Virus record (IMG/VR): IMGVR_UViG_3300020469_000001
Span: 32,001 to 96,000 of that record
Strand: one strand, 5' to 3'
Origin: a virus
DNA: 64,000 bases
Position 1 is the stretch's first letter. Every line of letters begins with the position of its first letter. Both the position numbers and the translations under genes were made by a program. Below the pieces are notes generated by a model. It searched no databases. It was not told the origin of the DNA and saw only the letters and a program-made list of their open reading frames with translations. Shown here piece by piece: positions 1 through 9,854 of the stretch.

Positions 1-1627
1 TCTGTGCGATTTCTCTTACAGACTCCCCAATAATCTTTCTTGGGTCTCTTTGTGTGCTACCTTGTGCGTTGCCTGGTTCAAAAGTCTCATATGGGTCTCT
101 CATATAAGTATAGTTTACATTTACACCGCCTCTTGGGCCTACCATAACATCTTCTGCTCTTGCACTACTTGCAAATCTTCCTGACCTAAAGTTTAGTGCA
201 GGGCTTGTCATTTTTGAAGCAACAACTTTTGGTAGTGCTTCATTTAACAAGGCTTCTAATGCTAAAGGATTATCTTCAGTACGCATTCTTGCTTCCTTGC
301 CGCCTCCGTACTTAACCTGTCTTAACGCTGCTCCCGATACTACTCTTTTCTTTGCTTTCTTCCCTTTTCCAGTAACACCTCTTGCTTTACTTTCTTCTTT
401 GTGTTTATATTTTGCATCTGCAAAAAGTTTTTTATTTATCTTAAAGCGCATGTCGGGCATACCACTTGAAGTTTTCATACTCATTGCTACTTTTGCAAAG
501 ACACCTCTTTCAGCCATTTCTACTAAAGAAAGTGAGCCTTTTTCAGTAGGATTATAATTTTTCGCTAATTTAGTATATAAATCTGCAAAAAATCCATCTA
601 ACCCTGTTCCATCTAATCCATCCCCTTTATCAGCATATTTTGCTAGAGCTTTTTTATCTTGGTGTCCTAAAACAACAGTAATAATTACAGATTTTAGTGC
701 TACAACACCTTCTCCCTGCCTATCAAATATATCAATCTTGTTAATACCTCTTAACTTATATGCAGAGTTAAAAGCAGTATTAATATCATACTGAACTTTA
801 TTTAGTGCTAGTTCTTTCTTACTTCCAGGCCTAGCTGATATTTCACCTTTCATAAGAGGATCAAAAGCTGATTCTAAAAAGTCTACTAGTCTTGCAGTAG
901 AATCGTTTCTTGCTCCTGCATCGCTACCTGCAAACCCTGCGTTAGAAGCTTGGGCTTTTGTAACAGCATGGTGTCTTTGATGCTGTGCCGCTCTAACAGG
1001 AATAAATCTTCTTGCCCCTTTTGTAGTATTAAAATGTTGAGAAGCATCTGTTCCCGAGTCATCTTGATACTGATTTGCATATTTCTTTGCATCCGCATGC
1101 AGTCCATTAGCAGTATGTCCCATTATCATTTTCAGAACATCTTTAATTATCGGTAAATCAGCGTCTGAAGGTGACTTATACATAGTAAAATTTTGATAAA
1201 ATCTTACTTTATAGTCTCTACCTTGAGAATGAATAGTAACTTGATTACCAGCAGATGGATCGTACCTTCTGTCTATAGGTAAATCAACTCCCGTAGCTTT
1301 ATCCTTTTTTAGAGTACTTGCTAAAACATCAAATCCTGCAGATTTGTACTTCCCTTTTAACAAGTTCACACCCATTCTTTTAGTGTAACCCTGCGCCGCT
1401 ATTCTTTCTAATCTAGGTTTTATTAGTCGCCATTCTTTAGCATTTAATCCTCTAGGTTGTTTTCTCAAATATAGTGCTACTTCTGTTACAATATAATTAA
1501 CTATCCATTCTTGAGTATAAAAGCTTTCTGTAATATATCTTTTACTCTGATTCTTTGTAGATACTTTAGACCCTGGATAATGTGCGAGAAATTTATCAAT
1601 TTCTCCAAACATTGTATCAAGAGCCAT
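1..1627 (-). CDS. T5 p143-like tail completion/neck protein, 3' end runs off the window (>540 aa)
   Basis: Hand-translated open frame from the ATG overlapping the upstream stop (TAATG at 1625-1629) to the window edge. C-terminal ...PALNFRSGRFASS...YTYMRDPYETFEPG...RDPRKIIGESVREIA resembles T5-type tail completion proteins; synteny fits. Confidence 0.65.
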   Translation of the reverse strand, partial: MALDTMFGEIDKFLAHYPGSKVSTKNQSKRYITESFYTQEWIVNYIVTEVALYLRKQPRGLNAKEWRLIKPRLERIAAQGYTKRMGVNLLKGKYKSAGFDVLASTLKKDKATGVDLPIDRRYDPSAGNQVTIHSQGRDYKVRFYQNFTMYKSPSDADLPIIKDVLKMIMGHTANGLHADAKKYANQYQDDSGTDASQHFNTTKGARRFIPVRAAQHQRHHAVTKAQASNAGFAGSDAGARNDSTARLVDFLESAFDPLMKGEISARPGSKKELALNKVQYDINTAFNSAYKLRGINKIDIFDRQGEGVVALKSVIITVVLGHQDKKALAKYADKGDGLDGTGLDGFFADLYTKLAKNYNPTEKGSLSLVEMAERGVFAKVAMSMKTSSGMPDMRFKINKKLFADAKYKHKEESKARGVTGKGKKAKKRVVSGAALRQVKYGGGKEARMRTEDNPLALEALLNEALPKVVASKMTSPALNFRSGRFASSARAEDVMVGPRGGVNVNYTYMRDPYETFEPGNAQGSTQRDPRKIIGESVREIAQ

Positions 1628-2223
1628 TAAATTACTACTCTATATAAATCCAGTACTCTTTTTATGTGGTCTGGAAAATCTGAAGAAGTTCTTATACCCG
1701 AAGTTCCTTGATTTTGTACTTGCGCGCCACCTAATGTTCTTCTTTCTTTGTGTTCGTCTCTCATATAGTAATTTACTAAGTCAAAGAGTGCTAATTGTAA
1801 ATCTTTAGGAGTAGTGGCATATCCAGCTTTGTATGTAATTCTGACTGCCCCCATACCTTTTGCCCAATTTTTGGGATTTCCACTCGTATGTGTTCTGATT
1901 ATCGCATCAGATTCAGTATCAACATAGTATTCATAGTTACCTGTCGTCAATTCTACATAAGGTTCTGAGTAAGCTGTTCTTTCTTCTACTTTTGAAACCT
2001 CTACTAGCGGACTCTCACTCGTAATTACGGTTGTTGTCGCTGTATCGTTCATTGAGAAAGTCTCAACTTTGCTTGTGCTATAAAAATCTATAAAACTTAT
2101 TCCACAATATTTCTTTACTAAGTCAGATACCTGAGGTACTATAACTGCAAGACGGTCGTCATCCTTCTCTCCTCTGAGACCCTCTGCATCTTTGTATTCT
2201 GCTACTGTAATTAAATCTGCCAT
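1627..2223 (-). CDS. Head completion / head-tail connector protein
   Basis: 198 aa with YKAGY..P.DL.LA and FPDHIKRVLDLYR motifs; directly downstream of the capsid gene. Confidence 0.8.
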   Translation of the reverse strand: MADLITVAEYKDAEGLRGEKDDDRLAVIVPQVSDLVKKYCGISFIDFYSTSKVETFSMNDTATTTVITSESPLVEVSKVEERTAYSEPYVELTTGNYEYYVDTESDAIIRTHTSGNPKNWAKGMGAVRITYKAGYATTPKDLQLALFDLVNYYMRDEHKERRTLGGAQVQNQGTSGIRTSSDFPDHIKRVLDLYRVVI

Positions 2224-2229
2224 AATAAA

Positions 2230-2259
2230 GTGGTGGGTTATAGGTAACCCACCAAAAAC
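2230..2259. terminator. Hairpin after the capsid gene (probable intrinsic terminator)
   Basis: gtggtgggtta-tagg-taacccacc inverted repeat in the capsid/head-completion gap. Confidence 0.5.
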
Positions 2260-2271
2260 CGTAATTAGGTA

Positions 2272-4329
2272 TTAGCTACCTTTATAAGCAAATGCCCACT
2301 TAGAAGTTGCACCGTCAATTAAGTCAGTGAATCCTAATCTCTGAGAAGCCACTAGGACTCTTCTTTGATTAGCTACTTCGTAGTCAGATTCTATTGTAAC
2401 ACCTCTTAATCTTGGCATTACATAGTTTCTTGGGTATACAGCGATTGCGCCATATTTACCAGCTGCTTTAGTTGCGAATTCATCACACATGATTACTCTT
2501 GATCCGAATACTTGTCCGATTTCGCCTGATAGTTTTGTTGCCATGTCGCCAACTAGGTTAGCATCTTGGAACTCAGCATCTTCTAGTAAGTTGTAGTACA
2601 CGTCTTGTGAGACAATGTAAACAATTTCTGAAGGATTGATACCATATTTACCCATGTTCTTTCTCATGGCTAATAGGTCAGCTGCTGTAACTGCATCAGT
2701 TGCTGCGAATCCAGAAGCACCGTCTGAAGTTTCGTGGTTATCACCGTCAGCCATATTTAATAGCCCAGCAAACGCTCCTGATGAATAAACACCATTGTCG
2801 TGGTTACCAGCTAAAATAGCATTTTCGATACTTCTTGCGTGTGATCTTACCATTGACTCTCTAATTAAAGGAAGTATTGGCATGATTGCATCTTCTTCAG
2901 TCTCATTACCTAAGTATGATTGTGAAATCAACTTAACTGTTGAAAGTGTTCTTTCAGCTAAGTCTACACCACCGTAAGGTGAACCTAATGTGTCGCCTCT
3001 TTGGGCTAAGTTACCATGTGGTGAACTACCTGAAGCTGTTTGAGCTGAAGCAAATTCAGCATAACCAGCATCTGGCATGATTGGGATAATCATATTAGCA
3101 GAAGTCATAGCAATTTCTCTAAATAGAGGCGCTAAGACTAGCTCGTTTTGAATATCTCTTTCAATATTTGTTGAAACGATTTGCTCAAAGTCTGCTGAAG
3201 ATACTTGAACACCTGAGTGTTCGTTCACTTTTTGCATAATTGATTTTGAGTAGTCATTGTCCCATCCTTTCCCAGTAGCTAAACCAGCAAATTTTGCATC
3301 AATAATATCGTTTTCGAATTCCTTCTTCCAATTACCGTTTCCTTGTCTATCAGCAAAATGTCTTTTAGAATCACGAATACTCATGATTTCTTCAGATTTT
3401 TCTGCTAATTGTTTTTCAAGGGAATCGACAACTGTTTTCAGATCTTCATTCTTTTCATTGACTCTAGTTTCTAGGTCGTTCATTAGCTTTTCAGCTCCTG
3501 TTAAACCTGCTTCCACTATAGTCTTTGTTTCTTCCTGTTTTGCTTCTTGAGCAGCTTTTTCTTCAGCTTCTACTTGAGCTAGCTTTTCAGCCTGCTCTTG
3601 TACTTGCTTTACTTCAGCTGCCTTTGCTTCGGCTTGCTTCATTGCAATTTTAGTCGCAGTATCTTCTGCTACTTTTTTTGCAAATGCTTCAAGGTCGATT
3701 GAAGTTTCAGGAGATTTTCTTTCTTCTGACATATCAGTCTCCGTTGATGAGGATTTCTCCTCGCTTGGCTGCTCAATTTTAACAGCGTCTGCTGCTGCGG
3801 TTGAGTTAGCCTGTAAAATTTCTTTCTGGTAGCTTCTGTAATCTTCCATAGAATCAAATGATTTTGCTAATCCAAAGGTTGCCCCTTGGTTGCAAGGCAC
3901 TGAGACTACTGAAACTTCAAAAAGCTCCGCATCTTTTATTTTATATCCATCGGTTTCAGTCATATATTCTGAATCCTTGCATCTGAAACCAACAGAAAAT
4001 GCTCCAAGGACTCCATCTTTAACTAATTGAGTTACATCGCCGGCAGCTTTAGATATCTTTGCAGTTATCTCTAAGCCTTTATCGGTTACTTCTAAACCAC
4101 TGGCTCTGCCAATTGGTTTATTGTAATCATGGTTAAAAAGAATAATTGGATTACCTTTATAGTTTTCCAATCCGCCTTTCATCCACGCTTCTGATTCGAT
4201 AATATCTCCAGCTCTATCTAGTCCGTTTGTACTTGCAGACCCTTTGATATTAACTCCGCCATCATCAGTTTCACCTAATGATTTAAAAGTGCTAGTCCAT
4301 TGATATATCTTTTCGTTATTTTTTGACAT
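2272..4329 (-). CDS. HK97-type prohead protease fused in frame to the major capsid protein (internal MCP start probably 3732)
   Basis: N-terminal protease motifs (DRAGD, FNHD..PIG, FSVGF, ELFEVSVVSVP), then a coiled-coil delta domain and HK97-fold capsid; GGAG-N6-ATG at 3732. Confidence 0.92.
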   Translation of the reverse strand: MSKNNEKIYQWTSTFKSLGETDDGGVNIKGSASTNGLDRAGDIIESEAWMKGGLENYKGNPIILFNHDYNKPIGRASGLEVTDKGLEITAKISKAAGDVTQLVKDGVLGAFSVGFRCKDSEYMTETDGYKIKDAELFEVSVVSVPCNQGATFGLAKSFDSMEDYRSYQKEILQANSTAAADAVKIEQPSEEKSSSTETDMSEERKSPETSIDLEAFAKKVAEDTATKIAMKQAEAKAAEVKQVQEQAEKLAQVEAEEKAAQEAKQEETKTIVEAGLTGAEKLMNDLETRVNEKNEDLKTVVDSLEKQLAEKSEEIMSIRDSKRHFADRQGNGNWKKEFENDIIDAKFAGLATGKGWDNDYSKSIMQKVNEHSGVQVSSADFEQIVSTNIERDIQNELVLAPLFREIAMTSANMIIPIMPDAGYAEFASAQTASGSSPHGNLAQRGDTLGSPYGGVDLAERTLSTVKLISQSYLGNETEEDAIMPILPLIRESMVRSHARSIENAILAGNHDNGVYSSGAFAGLLNMADGDNHETSDGASGFAATDAVTAADLLAMRKNMGKYGINPSEIVYIVSQDVYYNLLEDAEFQDANLVGDMATKLSGEIGQVFGSRVIMCDEFATKAAGKYGAIAVYPRNYVMPRLRGVTIESDYEVANQRRVLVASQRLGFTDLIDGATSKWAFAYKGS

Positions 4330-4594
4330 CTTTAACTTCCTTTTTTACAGGTGCTTTCTTAGGTGCAGGTTTCTTAACTTCCTTTACCTTAGGTTTTGCA
4401 ACTGCTACTTGGACAGGATATCTTTTCTTAACAACTGACAGTACTCTATTCCAAGAACCAAATGCTCTTTTAAGCATAAAGTCTTTAACAGGTACATCGT
4501 TGCCAAAACTTTTATAGGTTACTAAATCCATAGTTTCAACGCCTTTGCTGGCTATGAAATCGGATAAAGCCTTTACCATCATGTCTTTTGTCAT
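4316..4594 (-). CDS. Hypothetical protein with Lys/Pro-rich tail
   Basis: 92-aa ORF overlapping both the portal and protease genes. Confidence 0.6.
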   Translation of the reverse strand: MTKDMMVKALSDFIASKGVETMDLVTYKSFGNDVPVKDFMLKRAFGSWNRVLSVVKKRYPVQVAVAKPKVKEVKKPAPKKAPVKKEVKDVKK

Positions 4595-5802
4595 TCTTGC
4601 TCCTCGCTTGGTGGGGTCTCTTGTGGCCTACCACCTTCTTCGGGATTTGCGGCTGAACCTGCGATATTCGCAGGAACTCTTGGTTTATCAAATCCTGAGA
4701 TTTCTTCAAGTCTTAATGCCTCCCTTGCTTCATTCGGTGTCATAATACCTGAGTTCACAAGTGTAGCATAGTAGCTTGCTTGGTCTCTTAACTCTGGTTG
4801 AAGTGCTGGAATTCCAGACACATTCTCATCAAGTTTAAAACCGAAGTATCTCTCGAAAGCATACCTAATCTTGTTAGTGATTGGTAGTATGGTTTCTAAA
4901 TAATATAATCTATGGTTTGGTCGTAAATTTGCATTATTACCGCTATCCATCAAAATTGGTGGTACACCTAACGCTTTAAGTATTATCTTTTCATTAGTGG
5001 CGATGCCATCTTGAAAGTCTAAGTTCTTAAAATTAACTTCTGTTAAGTTTTCCACTGTTAAACCACCATCTAAAAATAATGGTCGTCTTCCACCAGACTG
5101 TGGATTGTATCTTGCAACCCAAGCCTGTAACATTCTCTCTTTGATTTTCTCAGAGAGTGTGTTTGGTGATTTCAGTACCAATCCTGGTACTGCTCCATTC
5201 TTGAAGAAGTTATCCTGGAATCTTCTCATGCTCGATAGTAACTGCATAGTTCTAAGAGCTGGTTTGAGTCTAGGTACTCCTCTATAAATAGAGTTAAAAC
5301 TGTTTTCTTTTATGTGTATAATTTCTGAAGGACTATAATCTATACTGTGGTCATAAGTATACTTCTCTACGTAAGTATTCTCGTCACTATGTATAGTCAT
5401 GTGATCTGCTGGAAGATGATAGAGATGTCTACCATCAAAATAAACAAAGATATTTCCATCAATCAGTAAGTCTATCAAAAGATTTCTTTTAAATGTGCTT
5501 ACATCTTGAAATGGATTTGGTTCTTTATTTAGTAGTAAGTCTACTCTACTTCTTCTTATGTCTTTCTTTATAGGTTGTACACCTATTATCTTTTCTCCTA
5601 CATCAAATGGTACTTCAGCTGAATCATCCACAATCATGTTGACCGCTCTATTTACCACTTCTAATGATTCGTAAGCATTTCGATAAGTTATAATATTTTC
5701 ACGGCTATCAATAGTCATTCCCTCATCACGGGAAATCACATATTGTGCAGGATTTTCTTTTTCCTGTTTATCTCTGCCTAAAAATCTATCGTACCATGCC
5801 AT
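4591..5802 (-). CDS. Portal protein (HK97 family)
   Basis: PNPFQ, FFKNGAVPG, LGVPPILM and GIMTPNEAR motifs. Confidence 0.93.
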   Translation of the reverse strand: MAWYDRFLGRDKQEKENPAQYVISRDEGMTIDSRENIITYRNAYESLEVVNRAVNMIVDDSAEVPFDVGEKIIGVQPIKKDIRRSRVDLLLNKEPNPFQDVSTFKRNLLIDLLIDGNIFVYFDGRHLYHLPADHMTIHSDENTYVEKYTYDHSIDYSPSEIIHIKENSFNSIYRGVPRLKPALRTMQLLSSMRRFQDNFFKNGAVPGLVLKSPNTLSEKIKERMLQAWVARYNPQSGGRRPLFLDGGLTVENLTEVNFKNLDFQDGIATNEKIILKALGVPPILMDSGNNANLRPNHRLYYLETILPITNKIRYAFERYFGFKLDENVSGIPALQPELRDQASYYATLVNSGIMTPNEAREALRLEEISGFDKPRVPANIAGSAANPEEGGRPQETPPSEEQE

Positions 5803-6160
5803 ATTTTTGTCTCTGTATATCCACCCAATGTTGTTGTTTCTTTGCTGTTAATAACTTTGGTCGTTTTCCATATATGTTATGCAGTTTCAGGTGGTGCATA
5901 TGACATAAAGTAACAGCTTGGTTATAAACTTCGTCTTCGTTTTCTTTTATGAAATCTTCACGAAGTGCTAGTATTTCTTCTTCTGTCTTAATGGTGATAT
6001 TTTTTTGTTTCATCCACCATTCAAGTAATTCAGTTAGTCCGTTATAGTGATGAAAGTCCAGATTCTCTGTACTTCCACAGATGTAACATTCCGTCTCTTT
6101 TTTATATTTAGACTTGGCCTTGTCACGAACATATTTAACTAAATCTCTTTTTAAAGTCAT
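5786..6160 (-). CDS. HNH endonuclease (T5-type nicking nuclease position)
   Basis: CYICG...FHH...TLCHMHHLKLH; lies between portal and TerL as in T5. Confidence 0.8.
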   Translation of the reverse strand: MTLKRDLVKYVRDKAKSKYKKETECYICGSTENLDFHHYNGLTELLEWWMKQKNITIKTEEEILALREDFIKENEDEVYNQAVTLCHMHHLKLHNIYGKRPKLLTAKKQQHWVDIQRQKYGMVR

Positions 6161-6180
6161 AAACCTACTTGTATATTAGA

Positions 6181-6209
6181 ATTGTAACAAAAATTTTAGC
6201 TCATGTCAA
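6181..6209 (-). promoter_or_regulatory. sigma70-type promoter
   Basis: TTGACA-N17-TACAAT with an upstream AAAAATAGTTC extension. Confidence 0.7.
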
Positions 6210-6231
6210 GAACTATTTTTGATAGGTATAA

Positions 6232-7530
6232 TTAAAAGGTAGTGGCACTTGTTTCAAACGAATAGAGTGCATATCGAATCGCGTCTGCCATGTGAGACGC
6301 ATAGTTATGTTTAGGTTTTTCTTTTAATAGATTTGGATTTGGATCCCACTGATATTGGTCTAAACAAAGTAATGATTCTTTACAACCTTGATGAACGAAA
6401 AGTTGGTCATTATCTACTATACCTGCTACTGCTCCGATGCCATCTAGTACTGACTTTTTGGCATTAATAGTGCTAATATCATAGTTTTGTGCAAAGTCAA
6501 ATCTTGTTTGTTGAGCTGCAGAATCTATGTAAATGTAGTCTATGTCCCACTTAATTATAAGTTTGTTAATTTCTATTGCATGCTGTTCAGTAGTTCGTTC
6601 ACTATCTAAATATTCGTCTACTAAATAGTATTTATCTGCGTCCCAGTCATACGCAATCACACAGAAAGCTGTAGGATCTTTGTACCCTACGTCCATTCCT
6701 GCAAAAATATCCATTCTTCCAGTTTCTAGTTCGGATAAATCTGCAATCTGTGTTTCATGATTAAATGCCCATACCTGACCTTCAAAAACATTGAAGTCAG
6801 CCATATATTCCTGATTAAATTCAGCTTCTGACATCGTCTTTTTAGCTTCGTCAATATCTGTTTGTGATAATCTAGGATTTTCGTGATAAGTTGCTCGTAC
6901 TGAAGCCCACTCTGGGAACTCATCGCTGAATCCTCTATGCCAGAACTCTGCAAACCAATTATTTCTACCCCGTGGAGTTGAGATAAATATAGCTTTAGAG
7001 TTTTCTTTATCTAGTGTAGGTCTTAGTGCTACATTGAAAGCATCTCTGCCATCAACAAGAGCCGCTTCATCAAATATGATGAGATCATAACTTCTACCTA
7101 CCACAGAGTCTACTTGGTTAACAGAACCCATACGAATTGTTGAGCCATTTGATAGCTCAATAACTTTATCTTTTGCATTATCTCTAGTAACTTCTAAATC
7201 AAAGTGTTTAATCAGTTGTCTTTGTAAATCAAATGAGATTTGTGATAAAGAGTAGTTAGGCGACATAAGTAAAACATTAGAACCTGGTACTAATGTGATT
7301 AATTGTCCTATGATATTTGCAATATAAGTTTTGCCCTGCCTACGAGAAATCGCAGCACATACAAATCTATATTTGGGGTTGTTTATAGCGTTGATCAACG
7401 CTGTTTGTGATGAATTAGGCTGAACGCCTAGTAAGTCCATGTAACCATTAATAGGTAACTTTATAAATTTTCTTTCATCAAATGTCATTAGTTCATCACT
7501 AAGGACATCTTTTCTGCTAATGGTTATCAA
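6232..7530 (-). CDS. Terminase large subunit
   Basis: Walker A RRQGKT, Walker B IIFDEAA, ISTPRG, RNase H-like GMDVG and HMADAIRY. Confidence 0.95.
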   Translation of the reverse strand: MITISRKDVLSDELMTFDERKFIKLPINGYMDLLGVQPNSSQTALINAINNPKYRFVCAAISRRQGKTYIANIIGQLITLVPGSNVLLMSPNYSLSQISFDLQRQLIKHFDLEVTRDNAKDKVIELSNGSTIRMGSVNQVDSVVGRSYDLIIFDEAALVDGRDAFNVALRPTLDKENSKAIFISTPRGRNNWFAEFWHRGFSDEFPEWASVRATYHENPRLSQTDIDEAKKTMSEAEFNQEYMADFNVFEGQVWAFNHETQIADLSELETGRMDIFAGMDVGYKDPTAFCVIAYDWDADKYYLVDEYLDSERTTEQHAIEINKLIIKWDIDYIYIDSAAQQTRFDFAQNYDISTINAKKSVLDGIGAVAGIVDNDQLFVHQGCKESLLCLDQYQWDPNPNLLKEKPKHNYASHMADAIRYALYSFETSATTF

Positions 7531-7763
7531 TGTATTGTCTCGTTGAAAAATAATAATGTATCGTCTTCGTCATCGAGAAGACCCGCCTCTTTGGCTTTTT
7601 CGTAAAGGTATAAAAAGGAGGCTGACATCTGTTTTAAGTTTTTTTCTGATGATGAGAGGTTTCGTTTATCTGCTACCTCTAACATTTTTGCTAAAAAATT
7701 ATGTGCATGAATTTGACTTTCATCTAACCATACTTTTCTTCCGTCAGTTGTGGGTAATCCCAT
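7527..7763 (-). CDS. Hypothetical protein
   Basis: 78 aa, GGAG RBS, coupled to terL. Confidence 0.6.
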   Translation of the reverse strand: MGLPTTDGRKVWLDESQIHAHNFLAKMLEVADKRNLSSSEKNLKQMSASFLYLYEKAKEAGLLDDEDDTLLFFNETIH

Positions 7764-7775
7764 ATTTTCTCCTTT

Positions 7776-8066
7776 CTACCATTTAACTTTATTTGCCCAG
7801 TATGCTGCTGACATCTTGCCTCGGGCAATATTTCTTCTATGTCTAGCTTTAAAACTCTTACGCTTCATCTTCATTCTACGAGACTCTCCAGCTTTAGGTT
7901 TCCCTGCTGTTTTAGCTCCTTTTTGTCCAAAACGAATAGTTTTAATTTTATTTCCAACTTTTGCCACTACTATGTGTGACTTGGTTCTGTGGCCAGGGGT
8001 TCTTTTGGGCTTGTTGAATCCTCTGACACCTGCTCTTTTGAGTCTTGGGTCGCGCTTACGGGGCAT
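7776..8066 (-). CDS. Small highly basic phage protein
   Basis: 96 aa, K/R-rich; IRFGQKG...SFKARH...YWA..VKW pattern seen in aquatic phages. Confidence 0.7.
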   Translation of the reverse strand: MPRKRDPRLKRAGVRGFNKPKRTPGHRTKSHIVVAKVGNKIKTIRFGQKGAKTAGKPKAGESRRMKMKRKSFKARHRRNIARGKMSAAYWANKVKW

Positions 8067-8067
8067 A

Positions 8068-8628
8068 TTAGTCTCTAAAATTCCAAAATACTAGTGCGTA
8101 TCTTGTCCCTGAGGTCACTTTATCTACACCGTGCCACCATTTAGCTTTTATTTCTAAGCCGTCTTGTGGAAACTGTATAGCTTGACCAACTTTTTGTTCT
8201 AAAGGTTGCTCTTTATTCTTACCTAGTGAAAGATTACCACCTTCATAATCATCATTTAAAGGAATAATAACAATATCTTTTGCAGTTTTGTTAGTTCCTT
8301 CTTTCCAATAATTACTCTGGCACATCCACATACTATCTCTGTGAGGATTGGTAAAATCTCCTTCCTCATACTTCATTACTTTACTTCTGTAGACAGGTAA
8401 ACCGTCCCAAGTATCAAAGCAACTTAATTCAGATTGCTGTACGCTTCTGCCTCTGCCACCTTTTTTGAGAACGACAGTATTTGCTTCCAGCTCATCTTTT
8501 GTCATGTTCTGTGCATCAACATCAAAGTTTATATCTCTTTTATATATATCATCTTCCCAGCTTTCAACAGAGTTTATTATCTGTTGACAGCGTTCTTTTG
8601 ATAGTGCGTTCTCAGTGTATTTTAACAT
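8068..8628 (-). CDS. 2OG-Fe(II) oxygenase
   Basis: HRD, LNDDYEGG and HGV.KV..GTRY motifs. Confidence 0.85.
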   Translation of the reverse strand: MLKYTENALSKERCQQIINSVESWEDDIYKRDINFDVDAQNMTKDELEANTVVLKKGGRGRSVQQSELSCFDTWDGLPVYRSKVMKYEEGDFTNPHRDSMWMCQSNYWKEGTNKTAKDIVIIPLNDDYEGGNLSLGKNKEQPLEQKVGQAIQFPQDGLEIKAKWWHGVDKVTSGTRYALVFWNFRD

Positions 8629-8900
8629 TATCTTCCTCGTCTAGGTAGTATTCTTCCTGCTGACCTTTTGCCAAAGGTTGCTCTTTTTGGATTTAGTGTT
8701 TTACCAAATCTTGGACCAATTGCCTTTGGAGCTGCACCATAAAATCCTGCTGAGCTAGACAACGGGCTTTTTGTATTAACAAAAGTTCCTGCTGCTGCAT
8801 TCAAATCTCTGGTTAGTCCTCTTTTTAGTTTATGTTTACGAATCTTCTGAGTACCATGTACACCAGTAGGGCCGCTTAAAAATGAACCTGTTCTAGCCAT
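8628..8900 (-). CDS. Small basic protein
   Basis: 90 aa, K/R/G-rich, translationally coupled. Confidence 0.6.
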   Translation of the reverse strand: MARTGSFLSGPTGVHGTQKIRKHKLKRGLTRDLNAAAGTFVNTKSPLSSSAGFYGAAPKAIGPRFGKTLNPKRATFGKRSAGRILPRRGR

Positions 8901-9090
8901 TTCTTTCTCCTATAAGCTTTTTAATTTGCTTATCCCGAAAATTACACTCCTGCATAGTTGCGTAATTTTTCATTTTTACTAATTGGGAGAGGGCTCTGCG
9001 TCTTGTTATTACTACAGTAGCCACGGTTTTTTCAATCGCCGAAAGCTGTTGAGTCATTTCAAACTTTTTAGCTAGTGTGCGACTGTTCAT
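8893..9090 (-). CDS. Hypothetical protein
   Basis: 65 aa within the operon. Confidence 0.5.
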   Translation of the reverse strand: MNSRTLAKKFEMTQQLSAIEKTVATVVITRRRALSQLVKMKNYATMQECNFRDKQIKKLIGERNG

Positions 9091-9378
9091 TTACCTTCTC
9101 CTTCTTCGTGTTGTTTTTCTTTTTCGTTTAACAAAGGTTGATACGTTTCTAGGTTTGCCACCAGGATTACCTGCTCTCCTCTTGCGTGTTACTGCAGATC
9201 GTTTCTGCGCCGAAGTCATTCTTCGAGCTTTACTAGCTGGTACGCATTTGGGATAGCCTCCCTTACTTCGTGCGGATTTTCTTCCACACGGAGGGTGTCC
9301 TCCTCCTTTTCTCTTACGAGAAATATCTACCCAACCTTCTTTGAACCATTTTGTTAGTCCACCTTTAGGTTTTGCCAT
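9091..9378 (-). CDS. Small basic protein (GLTKWFKE.W..CGR..YPKCVP type)
   Basis: 95 aa, very R/K-rich. Confidence 0.7.
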   Translation of the reverse strand: MAKPKGGLTKWFKEGWVDISRKRKGGGHPPCGRKSARSKGGYPKCVPASKARRMTSAQKRSAVTRKRRAGNPGGKPRNVSTFVKRKRKTTRRRRR

Positions 9379-9575
9379 TACTTCCTTCTTTTACGTCCAG
9401 TACCCATACGATACCTTCCGCCTTTGGCTTTGTAAGTTTTTACTAGCCATCCATTAGCATATGCTGATGGGTATACCTTAAACTTTCTCTTTGCTTGTGC
9501 TTTTACTCTTGCATAAAGAGTAGGGTTTGTAGGTACTGGCCTTTTCTTAGCGGCCTTTCTTCTTTTTCTTGCCAT
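9378..9575 (-). CDS. Small basic protein (KFKVYPSAYANGW type)
   Basis: 65 aa, very R/K-rich, GAGGAG RBS. Confidence 0.7.
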   Translation of the reverse strand: MARKRRKAAKKRPVPTNPTLYARVKAQAKRKFKVYPSAYANGWLVKTYKAKGGRYRMGTGRKRRK

Positions 9576-9628
9576 TGAATCTCCTCAATGCATAGTGGGC
9601 GTTTCAGCCCACTATACCCCCGAAATGT

Positions 9629-9805
9629 TTATTTATCTTTCGCTTTGCCAACATTTAAGGCAAACCAGTCAACTAGTTTATAGACTTTCTTCATCCAACC
9701 GTCATCTATAGGGGTTGGAGTTAAAGCTGCTATTAGAGAACAGATCATTACTATTGTTGGTAATACTGCTATCCATGCTTGGAGCCATTCAAAGAATCCT
9801 AACAT
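9629..9805 (-). CDS. Small membrane protein, holin-like (not in the ORF track)
   Basis: Hand translation MLGFFEWLQAWIAVLPTIVMICSLIAALTPTPIDDGWMKKVYKLVDWFALNVGKAKDK; AGGAG RBS. Confidence 0.65.
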   Translation of the reverse strand: MLGFFEWLQAWIAVLPTIVMICSLIAALTPTPIDDGWMKKVYKLVDWFALNVGKAKDK

Positions 9806-9854
9806 ACTTATCTCCTATCGTACTAAAAAGTACTCCTTGCGATGTATACGCGTC

